A stretch of DNA of 64,000 bases from Thermoproteus sp. (GTDB lineage: Archaea; Thermoproteota; Thermoprotei; Thermoproteales; Thermoproteaceae): NCBI GenBank assembly GCA_049976425.1, contig JBMFIG010000001.1:64001-128000 (forward strand), in the 5' to 3' direction. Under the pieces are notes generated by a model, which was not told the DNA's origin, made no database searches, and worked only from the letters and a program-made list of their open reading frames with translations. The first letter of the stretch is position 1; each line of letters begins with the position of its first letter. The translations under genes were made by a program, and so were the position numbers. Of the stretch, positions 48,043 through 56,919 are shown piece by piece.

Positions 48043-48734
48043 AATGCAAGGCGTTAGTCGCCGATATAGACGGCACTCTGACCCTCTCTAGAGACACCTA
48101 CGAGCTCTCCCTTGAGGCGCTTGCGGCCCTCAGAAGGCTAAGGAATCTGGGCGTGCGGGTGGCGTTGGCCACCGCCAACGGCCTCGACTACGCGCTATCT
48201 ATAGCGCGCTATCTGGGAGTCAACTCCGTGATAGCGGAGAACGGCTGTATAGTGGCTCTCGAGGGGGAGATCCATGAGCTATGTGCGGCTTTTCCGCGCC
48301 AGGAGGTTGTGGACGTAGTATTATCTACAGGCCTCGTGAGGGAGAGCGAGCAGAATAGGTGCAGGAAGTACGACCTAGCGTTTTACCCAGTAGCCGATCC
48401 GGCCGCCGCGCTGTCGGCTATAAGATCGCGGTTGGGCAATTCCTATAGGGTGGAGTACAGCGGCTATGCGATACACGTGAGGCCTCAAGGCGTCGACAAG
48501 GGCACAGGCCTGGCGTTTTTATGCAGGGCGTGGGGCCTTCCGTGTAGCTTGGTGGCGGTCGTAGGCGACAGCGAAGTTGACGCCCCTATGTTGAGGCTTG
48601 GGTGGGGAATAGCCGTGGGCAATGCCGATGAGGAGGCTAAAAACGCCGCGCGGATCACCGTCGAAGGCCCCAGCGGCCTCGGCTTCGCGGAGGCCGTGGA
48701 TATAATCATAGATGGGATTGCTTGTTCAGACTAA
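48039..48734 (+). CDS. HAD phosphatase (phosphoglycolate phosphatase/SPP-like)
   Basis: DIDGTLT, ATAN, AENG, DKG.G, GDSEVD. Confidence 0.88.
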   Translation: MKCKALVADIDGTLTLSRDTYELSLEALAALRRLRNLGVRVALATANGLDYALSIARYLGVNSVIAENGCIVALEGEIHELCAAFPRQEVVDVVLSTGLVRESEQNRCRKYDLAFYPVADPAAALSAIRSRLGNSYRVEYSGYAIHVRPQGVDKGTGLAFLCRAWGLPCSLVAVVGDSEVDAPMLRLGWGIAVGNADEEAKNAARITVEGPSGLGFAEAVDIIIDGIACSD

Positions 48735-48770
48735 ACGCAATGGATAATAATAAACTCTTCCTCATTTTGC

Positions 48771-49571
48771 GTGAGTTATCAAGTCGAGGTCGGGGTGCTC
48801 AGCAGCAACTTCGCAAGGCTGGCGCTCATGAACGCCGCGATTAAGCCAGACAACAGGCTGGAGAGGCTGTACTCGATCTTGGCGCGTCTGGGGTACTTCA
48901 TCAAGAGGGGGGATACGTACATAAGGACCGGCAAGTTGCCCCCCGACAGAGGAGATCCCGTGGTGGCCAGGGTCGTTGACGACATCATAGTTCCGTATCT
49001 GTTAGGCAAGTCGATAGAGCACAACCCCGCCCTTATACACTCTTTTACATACATCTTCCAGAATATCAGAATACGTATGGCGGCCGAGATCCTCCCCTGG
49101 GGAGGCCTTACCTTAGTCGCCGGCTTTCTGCCGTGCGGATTCTCGTCGGAGCTCTCGGCGCAAGCGGGCCGGGATCTGGTGATAGTCGACGATTTTCAAG
49201 ACGTATTGGACATAGAGAGCGAGCGTCTATCCCTTTTGCCCGTCATGGCTTCCCCCATGTCGTCGTTCTTGGCGCCGGCGGTCTTCATAGCGCTGGAGCC
49301 CTCTACCGATATGGAGTTTATTAAATCTAAATATGGTAATTTTAATACTGCGCTAGTATGTCATAGAAATATTAATTTAAAAGAATTAAGCAGTATTGCC
49401 GAGGAAGTTATATATGTATATATAAACGGCGTCCTCGGCGAGCTGGCCTCGCTCGTGAATGAGGCGCTCGGCCTAGGAACTCCGCCGACCTGTGATCAGA
49501 TCGTGAGGGACGCGGGGGGCCAGATAATCCACAACGACGAGGAGATCTGCATTATAAGTTTTCGAGGATAG
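48771..49571 (+). CDS. Hypothetical protein, possibly a degenerate SAM-methyltransferase fold
   Basis: Weak motif-I/II-like segments LTLVAGFLPCG and LVIVDD. Confidence 0.45.
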   Translation: MSYQVEVGVLSSNFARLALMNAAIKPDNRLERLYSILARLGYFIKRGDTYIRTGKLPPDRGDPVVARVVDDIIVPYLLGKSIEHNPALIHSFTYIFQNIRIRMAAEILPWGGLTLVAGFLPCGFSSELSAQAGRDLVIVDDFQDVLDIESERLSLLPVMASPMSSFLAPAVFIALEPSTDMEFIKSKYGNFNTALVCHRNINLKELSSIAEEVIYVYINGVLGELASLVNEALGLGTPPTCDQIVRDAGGQIIHNDEEICIISFRG

Positions 49572-50037
49572 GCCTTATCAACTCGTTAGGCGGATCCTTG
49601 AGGGCCGATATGTAGTAGATCTTGCCGGCTCCTATGGCTTGGGCCATCTCGTCGCCCTCTATGAGCGTGCCGATCTCTTCAGCAAGATCCCTCTTATTGC
49701 CTATGAGTATAACTTTCCGAAACGGCTTAAGGCCTGCGTCGAGTAGCGCGCTGTGTATATCCGCTATGGCCCTCAACGAGGAGGGGTCGGTCACGTCGTA
49801 CATATACGCCAGGAGGTCGACGTAGAACGACCACATCCTGCTGAAGTTCAGAGCGACTTCGCGCGCCAGCTGGCCCGGCACGTCTATGACGTCCATCTCG
49901 TAGTCGCCGTAGTAGTATCTGTATATGCCCGGCCTCAAAGTCACTCGGGGCCTTAGGGAGAGGCCCAAAAGCCTATATATGTAGGTGGTCTTGCCGACGC
50001 CTCCAACGCCGAGGACAGCCCATACCACTCGCTTCAC
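49552..50037 (-). CDS. Ras/Arf-like small GTPase
   Basis: G1 GVGGVGKT, G2 T, G3 DVPGQ, G4 NKRD, G5 SAL in 161 aa. Confidence 0.85.
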   Translation of the reverse strand: MKRVVWAVLGVGGVGKTTYIYRLLGLSLRPRVTLRPGIYRYYYGDYEMDVIDVPGQLAREVALNFSRMWSFYVDLLAYMYDVTDPSSLRAIADIHSALLDAGLKPFRKVILIGNKRDLAEEIGTLIEGDEMAQAIGAGKIYYISALKDPPNELIRPILENL

Positions 50038-50370
50038 AAATCACCCAGCAGTCTATCTACTAATAACTCTAACTTTCTAACTTCTGCCTCTATCTTCTTT
50101 ATCTTGTCGTAGAGAGGCTCGCCTCGGCCGGTTAATATAGCTGCCAGGATCTCCACGTCCTTCACGCTCGCACTGCTTCTTCGCCACGATTCGCCCGACG
50201 AGGTAGACGGCATATCCGTATAATAGGATTAAAGCAACTGCCACGAAGTCGCCGACGTTTACATACGGCAGAGGTCTGATCCTTAGATACCCTAGAAGGA
50301 GCCCTCCGAGATAGAGATATGCCAGGAGAAGCGCGAACGAGAACAACACGACTGCCAAGGCGCTCTTCAT
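50034..50370 (-). CDS. 2-TM + coiled-coil protein, apparently split by a single-base frameshift near 50195
   Basis: TM part in ORF 50077-50370; alternate frame SWRRSSASVKDVEILAAILTG...KIKKIEAEVRKLELLVDRLLGDL* ends in a TGA overlapping the GTPase GTG. Confidence 0.55.
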
Positions 50371-51287
50371 ATAGCCACCGAGGCCAACGACGTGATGGCC
50401 GTGAGGAGGACTAGGCGCTTAAATATCTCGTACTCGCCCAAGGCGCCGTCCCCAACCAGGAGGCGCACCAGGCTCAGAATATTCGAGTCGCAGTTCTGCA
50501 CGACCTTTCCGTCGACCAGAACTGTGGGCCGTCCTATCTTGTTTCTGCCTCTGATGCCGCGCGCCGAGAATATAATGAGGACGCCGTTGACTATATAAGG
50601 CATAGACGCGAAGACGAGCTGGGGCACCATGTTGTAGAGGGCCGCCAACGTGGCGATCTCGGCGCCTAGGAAGTAGCTACCCACGTTGCCGTTGAAGGCC
50701 TTCGCCGGATAGCGGTTGTAGACGAAGAGCGCTAGGGAAGCCGCCACGTGAACGGCGAAGGCGTAGGAGGCCTCGACGTCCCCTCTGAGGAGCGCGCCCG
50801 CGGCTAGAGACGCGCCGATTATGGCGTTGGACAGCGGCAGGAACCCGTTGACGGGGTCCAACATGTTGTACGCGTTCGTCATTATGGGGATCGCGAGCAC
50901 CGCCAGCCAGGCGGGGCTGTAGAAGGTGCCCATGAAGGGCAACGTCATGCGTAGCTTCACGGCGAAGTAGAGGGCCATGGCCGCCAGAAGGGGGACTGCG
51001 ACCCTCACGAGCTCGTTCACGTCGTACACGTCGTCGAGCAACCCGACGAGCCCCACGACGCCGGTCAACGCTACGACGTACCACAGCCTAAAGTCGAAGA
51101 GGGACAGGATGGACAGCCCCACAATACCGGCGATCATGGCAATAAGCCCTCCCGCCTTAGGCACGCCCTGTCTGCCCTTGTAGACGTCGAGCGACACTAA
51201 GCCTCTGGCGCTCTGGTAACGCAACCACGCCGGCCCCAGCGCCACTCCTGCCGCGAAGGCGGCGACTATCGCGACTATCTGTAGCAT
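50367..51287 (-). CDS. aglH: UDP-GlcNAc:dolichyl-phosphate GlcNAc-1-P transferase (MraY/GT4 family)
   Basis: DVYK...PKAGG, GLLDD, NAYNMLDPVNG, YPAKAFNGNVGS. Confidence 0.8.
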   Translation of the reverse strand: MLQIVAIVAAFAAGVALGPAWLRYQSARGLVSLDVYKGRQGVPKAGGLIAMIAGIVGLSILSLFDFRLWYVVALTGVVGLVGLLDDVYDVNELVRVAVPLLAAMALYFAVKLRMTLPFMGTFYSPAWLAVLAIPIMTNAYNMLDPVNGFLPLSNAIIGASLAAGALLRGDVEASYAFAVHVAASLALFVYNRYPAKAFNGNVGSYFLGAEIATLAALYNMVPQLVFASMPYIVNGVLIIFSARGIRGRNKIGRPTVLVDGKVVQNCDSNILSLVRLLVGDGALGEYEIFKRLVLLTAITSLASVAI

Positions 51288-51307
51288 GGGCGGAAGAGGA
51301 GGGGTAG

Positions 51308-52186
51308 TTATAAGTAACCTAGGAGTATCGGGAGGACCAACGTGGCGTCCGCCATTATGTGGACCGACTTCGCGTTGCGTTTGACTTTGCCCCAGGTTAT
51401 GGCTTCTCTAGGCCTCGCGCCGCTCAAAGAGCCGTCGTACTCCGTGGCCGTGGTTATGTACACTACGTAGTCCAGCCCGCCCTTGAATTGCGCCCACCAG
51501 ATCACGTGGTGTTTAGATATGCCGCCCCCCACGATGAGCGCCGCTAGGCTTTTTGCGGACGCCACGAGATCCCTCAGCTCCTCCTCGTCCCTCAACACGT
51601 CGACTACTATACGCCTGCCGCCCCTCTTCACCCTCTGCACGTCGTTGTAGGTCAATATGGCCGTGCCGACGGCTCCGTCAACTATACCCGGCACAAACAC
51701 CTTGACGCCGGCTCTGGCCGCGGCCCCGAGGATGGAGCTCTCGGGCATCAACTTGCCGAAATGCTCGGCCAGCTCGAAGGTGCCTACCCTATCTTTCTCC
51801 AACGAATCCAACGCCTTGAACACGAAACGCTCGACGTAAGGGCCGTACTCGTCCCTCCTAAGCACCAGATTGCCCAATCTGTGATAGCCCCTGTCGGCTA
51901 GATCTACGTCGTCTAGGTCGAAGGACGCCGGCATGTACCTGGCGCCTTCAGCCTTGGCTATATCGTGGTCGAGCGTTCCCGCTGTGGTCACCACTACGTT
52001 GAAGAGCCCCCTCCGGATCGCGTCGGCGATAATCTCCCTAAGACCTGTCGCCACCAAGTTAGCTGTGAATGAGAAGAAGCGCAGATCTGCGTTCCCTACA
52101 GCCTCCTTAAGAATGTCGGCGGCCTCCGCTACATGGAGAGCTTGGAATCCGCCGATCTTTCTATAGATCTCTATGACTTCTTTCAT
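51308..52186 (-). CDS. dys: Deoxyhypusine synthase
   Basis: FTANLVATGLR, GGGISKHH, DGSLSGARPREAITWGK. Confidence 0.95.
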   Translation of the reverse strand: MKEVIEIYRKIGGFQALHVAEAADILKEAVGNADLRFFSFTANLVATGLREIIADAIRRGLFNVVVTTAGTLDHDIAKAEGARYMPASFDLDDVDLADRGYHRLGNLVLRRDEYGPYVERFVFKALDSLEKDRVGTFELAEHFGKLMPESSILGAAARAGVKVFVPGIVDGAVGTAILTYNDVQRVKRGGRRIVVDVLRDEEELRDLVASAKSLAALIVGGGISKHHVIWWAQFKGGLDYVVYITTATEYDGSLSGARPREAITWGKVKRNAKSVHIMADATLVLPILLGYL

Positions 52187-52848
52187 CTAATGGTCTTTAT
52201 CCCCTCGACGAGGCCGGCGTCCATAAGCTTCCTCAACGCGTTTCTGATCTCGCGCGGCGTTGTGTTCAGCTTCACGGCTATGTCCTCTATGGAGTTGTTG
52301 CCGTCAACCAAAGCCATGACCTGCCGGGTGAACGGATCCTCCAGTGGGGCGGTCTTGCCCGAGGGTATCGGGACCTCCTTGCCCGGGATCTTGTAGAGGT
52401 ATATCTTGTGGGAGCGCCACTCCTCGTACACCTCCTCGATAACTACAGGCCTCCACCCGGATACCTCGAAGTCGTGGCTGACGACTCTGGTCCCTGGCCT
52501 CAGCTCCTTCTCGAGCTTCGGCTTCAGCCGCTCGTTGACCGAGGTGAGCAGATACATCGTGACGACGTCGGCGTCCGAGATATCGGCGTCGAAGAAGTTA
52601 GTATTTATTATCCTGGCCCGCCCCTCCAAGCCCAGATCCCTAATCTTTGCCGTGCTCTGTTCGTAGAGATCCTTACGTATCTCTATGCCGTAGGCGTATG
52701 CCCCGAACTCCTTGGCGGCCATTATCACTATTCTGCCATCGCCGCTGCCGAGGTCGTAGAGGACCTCGCCGGGCCTTACTCTGGCCAACTGCAACATACG
52801 CCTGACGACGACCTCAGGCGTCGGCACAAACGGGACGTCGTAGTACAT
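52183..52848 (-). CDS. aKMT-like protein lysine methyltransferase with C-terminal wHTH
   Basis: VPFVPTPE.VVRRML, YDLGSGDGRI, LKPKLEKELRPGTRVVSHDF; extra SIEDIA.KL...IRNALRKL..AGLV; ATG 52848. Confidence 0.85.
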   Translation of the reverse strand: MYYDVPFVPTPEVVVRRMLQLARVRPGEVLYDLGSGDGRIVIMAAKEFGAYAYGIEIRKDLYEQSTAKIRDLGLEGRARIINTNFFDADISDADVVTMYLLTSVNERLKPKLEKELRPGTRVVSHDFEVSGWRPVVIEEVYEEWRSHKIYLYKIPGKEVPIPSGKTAPLEDPFTRQVMALVDGNNSIEDIAVKLNTTPREIRNALRKLMDAGLVEGIKTIR

Positions 52849-53022
52849 ATAGGTCAGGACAATATCCCCATATAAATTTACTAACGGGAGATCCCAAGGC
52901 CATGGAGACGGCTCGCCCATTGGCGGGACGCGTGTCTGTAATTTAATCACTGGCGTCGAAGACCGCCGCTTGTGATATAGGGCCTCCGGTAAAACTTATA
53001 TATCGCCTAGAACACTAACGCC

Positions 53023-53478
53023 GTGCCTCACCGTAGCAGGCATAAGAAGGGCAGATCGTCGTCGACGAGGCCGCCGCACCCCACCGCCCCCAGCTGGATC
53101 CAGTACACGCCTGAGGAGGTAGAGCAACTTGTGCTAGAGCTCTACAGAAGGGGATTTCCGCCGTCTCAGATCGGCGTGATCTTAAGGGACCAGTACGGGA
53201 TACCCCTCGTCAAGGTCATAACCGGGAAGAAGATCGTCAAAATATTGGAAGAGCACGGCGTGCGGATAGAGATGCCCGAGGACTTGCTTAATCTAATCAA
53301 GAAGGCCTTGAGGATACGGAGGCATCTAGAGGAGCATCCTAAGGACATGGGTTCCAGAAGGGGGCTACAGCTCGTCGAGTCGAAGATACACAGACTGGTG
53401 AAGTACTACAAGAGGACTGGGCGGTTGCCCGCCGACTTCGAATACTCGCCGGAGAGGCTGTCGCACCTAGCTACGTGA
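53023..53478 (+). CDS. rps15p: 30S ribosomal protein S15P (uS15)
   Basis: [35 protein letters not shown]. Confidence 0.97.
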   Translation: MPHRSRHKKGRSSSTRPPHPTAPSWIQYTPEEVEQLVLELYRRGFPPSQIGVILRDQYGIPLVKVITGKKIVKILEEHGVRIEMPEDLLNLIKKALRIRRHLEEHPKDMGSRRGLQLVESKIHRLVKYYKRTGRLPADFEYSPERLSHLAT

Positions 53479-53479
53479 T

Positions 53480-54538
53480 GTGGAGCTAGAACAATTCTTT
53501 CTCAATAACATAAATAAGATCCTTGAATATCTCGATCAAGATATCCTTACAATATATATAAGAAAAACTGTAGATGCATTGGTAGCGGGATACTTTCTGA
53601 TGAATAAGTTTGCCGATACGGCGCAACTAAGGCTAGCGGACTGGCCCCCGGAATCGGGCATATGTCTGGGGTTTAGATGCGGCGGGTTCTATATGTACGA
53701 GAACGAGGTCGGCGTAGAGGGCTCCTCGATAAAATTACCGACGCCGCTACCTATAAGCTATATAATATATAAATTAGCCAGATCTATCATATCATTAAAT
53801 AAAGATGATATTCTAGAGCTATATCTAGGAATTTTTAGTTGGTTAGTCGACAACTGTACACTTAGATGCGAGGATCCGGTCGAGCTGGTCGGCGAGCTCG
53901 AGGCGCGCCGCGGCTTCTCCTTGCCGTTTCCCGACAGGCCTCTGGGCGAGGCGCTGTCTCTTCTAACGTTACCTCTGCTCCCCGGCGTTCTGGGCCGCGG
54001 CGTCGATGAGGACAAGCCGCTGAAAGCATTGGACCAGAGGAGGATGCTGGATGTTCTTGACGAGGCCCTAGGCCGTGTCTACGAGGCCGGCTTCTATCCG
54101 GCTATCGCCGACAAAGGTTTGCGGTACATACCTACAGACATAGAGCCCACGGGCAGAATTATAGAACTCGAAGCTCTGCTGGCGGGCTTCACGCCCGACA
54201 GCCAAGGCGTGATCTCCTATGTTGATAATCTAACTAAAATATTAGATGAAATAACAAGATCTTATCAAAATAATATAATAAATATTAGTAATACTTATTA
54301 TATTTATAAATTGATGAACTATTTACCTTATTTCTCGAAACTTAAAGATGTTTTAATACTTAGGGCAGATATAGGGAAGGGCTTCGTAGCATCGCTCATA
54401 GCGCCTTTGAAGGAAAGCCAGAGGCTTAAGGCGATCGCGGACAGACTTAACGATATTCAGTACATAGCCTACGACTCGAGCATTCTGGTATTCGTGCCGA
54501 GGGATCGATGGCCGGAGGTGGTAGGGTTGATCAAGTAA
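53480..54538 (+). CDS. Degenerate DHH/RecJ-like protein
   Basis: Position between rps15 and pcc1/rps3ae; residual motifs (VDALVAG, PL..AL....LP.LPG); no DHH triad visible. Confidence 0.55.
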   Translation: MELEQFFLNNINKILEYLDQDILTIYIRKTVDALVAGYFLMNKFADTAQLRLADWPPESGICLGFRCGGFYMYENEVGVEGSSIKLPTPLPISYIIYKLARSIISLNKDDILELYLGIFSWLVDNCTLRCEDPVELVGELEARRGFSLPFPDRPLGEALSLLTLPLLPGVLGRGVDEDKPLKALDQRRMLDVLDEALGRVYEAGFYPAIADKGLRYIPTDIEPTGRIIELEALLAGFTPDSQGVISYVDNLTKILDEITRSYQNNIINISNTYYIYKLMNYLPYFSKLKDVLILRADIGKGFVASLIAPLKESQRLKAIADRLNDIQYIAYDSSILVFVPRDRWPEVVGLIK

Positions 54539-54762
54539 CGGTAGAGATCTCTACAGATCTGCCCTGCGCCGCCGCCTTGGTGCTGGCGCCTGACGACGTC
54601 AAGATGCCCGAGGGCTTCAGCATCAGTCATATATGCCGCGACAATAGATACGTCGTAGTGATCGGCGGCAACGACGTGCTGACCCTTAAAAACACCGTGG
54701 ACGATGTATTACGGTGCTTGAAGGTCGTCGACGCGCTGTGGCGCGAGCTGGCAGATCGCTAA
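54508..54762 (+). CDS. pcc1: KEOPS complex subunit Pcc1
   Basis: LAPDD..P and TLKNTVDDVLRCL; synteny before rps3ae. Confidence 0.75.
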   Translation: MAGGGRVDQVTVEISTDLPCAAALVLAPDDVKMPEGFSISHICRDNRYVVVIGGNDVLTLKNTVDDVLRCLKVVDALWRELADR

Positions 54763-54792
54763 TGTATTTATACCCCTAGGTACGCGAGGGAC

Positions 54793-55458
54793 GTGGCCGA
54801 GAGGCAACAAGCGGTGGCGCAACAGGAGAAGGTGGTGGTGTCTAAGCGGGATGTATGGGCTTCGAAGAAGTGGTATACTGCATACGCCCCTGTTTATCTA
54901 GGCGGAGCGGCGGTGGCCGAGGTGCCTGCGTCCGAGCCGCAGAAGTTGCTCGGAAGGACGTTGGAGATCTCCTACTTCGAGATAACCAAGGATATATCCC
55001 ACCTCCCGATAAAGATAAGGCTTCAGATAAACAAGGTCGACGGCGATAACGCATACACGCGCTTTAAGGGCCTCGAGCTGTCCAGAGACTACATAAGGTC
55101 TTTGGTAAGGCGCGGCACCAGCAAATCCGTAGCCTATGTGGACGTTACGACGAAAGACGGCTGGAGGTTGCGCCTAACCGTGCTGGGGATAACCTCGGCG
55201 TCTGTGTCCACCAGCAGGAAATCGGCGATAAGGAAGGCCTTCGCGTCTTTGCTGGCCCAGAAGGTGCCAGCGTTAGATATAGGTTCTCTGTTGAAGGAGG
55301 TGCTCGAGGGCACGCTGGCCGCGGAGCTCTTCGTAGCCGCCAAGAAGGTGTACCCGATGAGGAAGGTGGAGATAGCGAAGATAAAGGTCCTCGCCTTCCC
55401 CAAGGGCGAGGAGATCGCCGAGCTTAAGGAATTGCCGGCTCAGCAGATAGAGCAGTAG
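54793..55458 (+). CDS. rps3ae: 30S ribosomal protein S3Ae (eS1)
   Basis: KKWY..AP, LSRDYIRSLVRRGTS, KKVYPMRKVEI.K. Confidence 0.97.
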   Translation: MAERQQAVAQQEKVVVSKRDVWASKKWYTAYAPVYLGGAAVAEVPASEPQKLLGRTLEISYFEITKDISHLPIKIRLQINKVDGDNAYTRFKGLELSRDYIRSLVRRGTSKSVAYVDVTTKDGWRLRLTVLGITSASVSTSRKSAIRKAFASLLAQKVPALDIGSLLKEVLEGTLAAELFVAAKKVYPMRKVEIAKIKVLAFPKGEEIAELKELPAQQIEQ

Positions 55459-55459
55459 T

Positions 55460-55984
55460 CTAGGTAAGATCTCTAACGGCTCTCTGGATATATTTATAGA
55501 CAGTTCCGTGTTTCCTGCCCTCTATAAGCATCAGTAGTGCGTCTCTCGCCACCTCCACCGCCTCTGCCTCGCCCAAAATACCGACGTATCTGTCCCCTAC
55601 GACTATCTTGACGCCCGCCAGCGATTCTATAGTTGTCTTGGCTCTGCCGTCCTCGCCGATAATCCTGGCCTTGACCCTCGACATATGCTGGCGTCCTACG
55701 TGTTCCTTGAGATCTATGTACTCAAGACGGTATCCCTCGTTCTCCAGCTTAAGCGCCTCCTCGGGGGAGAAGCCCAGCGCTATCGCCTCCGCCATGTTGC
55801 GTAGTTTGAGGAGCTCGTCGACCGTTATGCCCTCCGCCGGCTTTATGACTATGTAGGAGAGGGCCGTATCGATGCGGATCTCAGCCCTATATCTGCCAGC
55901 TACAGCCTCGGCCCACCTCCTCGCGTTGGGCAGAAACTTTGGCTCTATCGGGATCTGCACAACTCCGCGTAGGTACTCGCTCAT
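55460..55984 (-). CDS. KH-domain rRNA-processing protein (Dim2/Pno1)
   Basis: AIALGFSPEEALKL, RVKARIIGEDGR, GRKHGTVY; ATG 55984; divergent from rio1. Confidence 0.88.
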   Translation of the reverse strand: MSEYLRGVVQIPIEPKFLPNARRWAEAVAGRYRAEIRIDTALSYIVIKPAEGITVDELLKLRNMAEAIALGFSPEEALKLENEGYRLEYIDLKEHVGRQHMSRVKARIIGEDGRAKTTIESLAGVKIVVGDRYVGILGEAEAVEVARDALLMLIEGRKHGTVYKYIQRAVRDLT

Positions 55985-56055
55985 GGAAATCACCGGGGTT
56001 ATTAAAATAAAAGATGAAGGCATCTCGGCAACACAGCGATGTATTTATTTGTAGG

Positions 56056-56919
56056 ATGGCAATAGTTCAAGTGTCGTCTGCAGACGATATAGACATAGAG
56101 AGGGAAAATAGGACCGAGAAAGATCACGAGTATTTCGAGACTCTCGACGAGGTTTTCAACGCCTATACCTGGCGAGCTTTGTTCTCGTTGATGAACAGAG
56201 GCGTGGTGGATCAGATCTTAGGCCCTTTGTCGCAAGGTAAAGAGGCTCGCGTGATCCTTGCAAAAGATAGAGAGGGAACCCGCATCGCTTTGAAGATATA
56301 TTACACAACTACTTCGACATTCATAAAATCAAGATATAAATATATCATGGGAGATCCAAGATTTAAAAATAAAAGGATAAAAAAGGATATAATAGATATA
56401 GTCGAGGCGTGGAGCCGTAAAGAGTTCGGGAACCTCTCGGCGGCATATAGGGCAGGCGTCAAGGCGCCTAGGCCGATCGCTGTCGAGAGGAACATTCTGG
56501 CCATGGAGTTCATAGGCGAGGGCAGCCGGCCGGCGCCTACGTTGAACGATTTAGGCATCGACGGCCTTGACGACCCCGACGAGGTCTTCTGGGAGATTTT
56601 GAGGAACGTGGAGAGGACCTACGTCTTGGCTAAACTGGTGCATGCGGATCTCAGCGAGTTCAACGTCCTCTATCACAACGGCGATATAAGGATAATAGAC
56701 TGGGGTTCGGCGGTCAAGCGGGAGCACCCGCTAGCGTTCGAGTATCTGGCGCGGGATCTCGACAACGTATTCAGGTTCTTCGGCGTGAGGCTTGAGGGGC
56801 GGCAAGCGGCTAGCCTCATAGCGGAGAGGGCCGGCGAGCCCTACGAGGAGGACGAAGACGGCTGGCTGGTGGTGAAAGGCAAGAGGCTCTACGAGGTTAT
56901 CGACGAGGCGTTTAGCTGA
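56056..56919 (+). CDS. rio1: RIO1 serine/threonine kinase
   Basis: SQGKEA, YIMGDPRF, KEF.NL, LVHADLSEFN, IIDWG. Confidence 0.93.
   Translation: MAIVQVSSADDIDIERENRTEKDHEYFETLDEVFNAYTWRALFSLMNRGVVDQILGPLSQGKEARVILAKDREGTRIALKIYYTTTSTFIKSRYKYIMGDPRFKNKRIKKDIIDIVEAWSRKEFGNLSAAYRAGVKAPRPIAVERNILAMEFIGEGSRPAPTLNDLGIDGLDDPDEVFWEILRNVERTYVLAKLVHADLSEFNVLYHNGDIRIIDWGSAVKREHPLAFEYLARDLDNVFRFFGVRLEGRQAASLIAERAGEPYEEDEDGWLVVKGKRLYEVIDEAFS

Noticed and set aside
52860-53000. GC-rich stretch between divergent promoters as a possible ncRNA (permuted SRP RNA, type T RNase P, C/D RNA)
   Set aside because: No SRP helix-8 motif, RNase P conserved regions or properly spaced C/D boxes found by eye; needs an Infernal search
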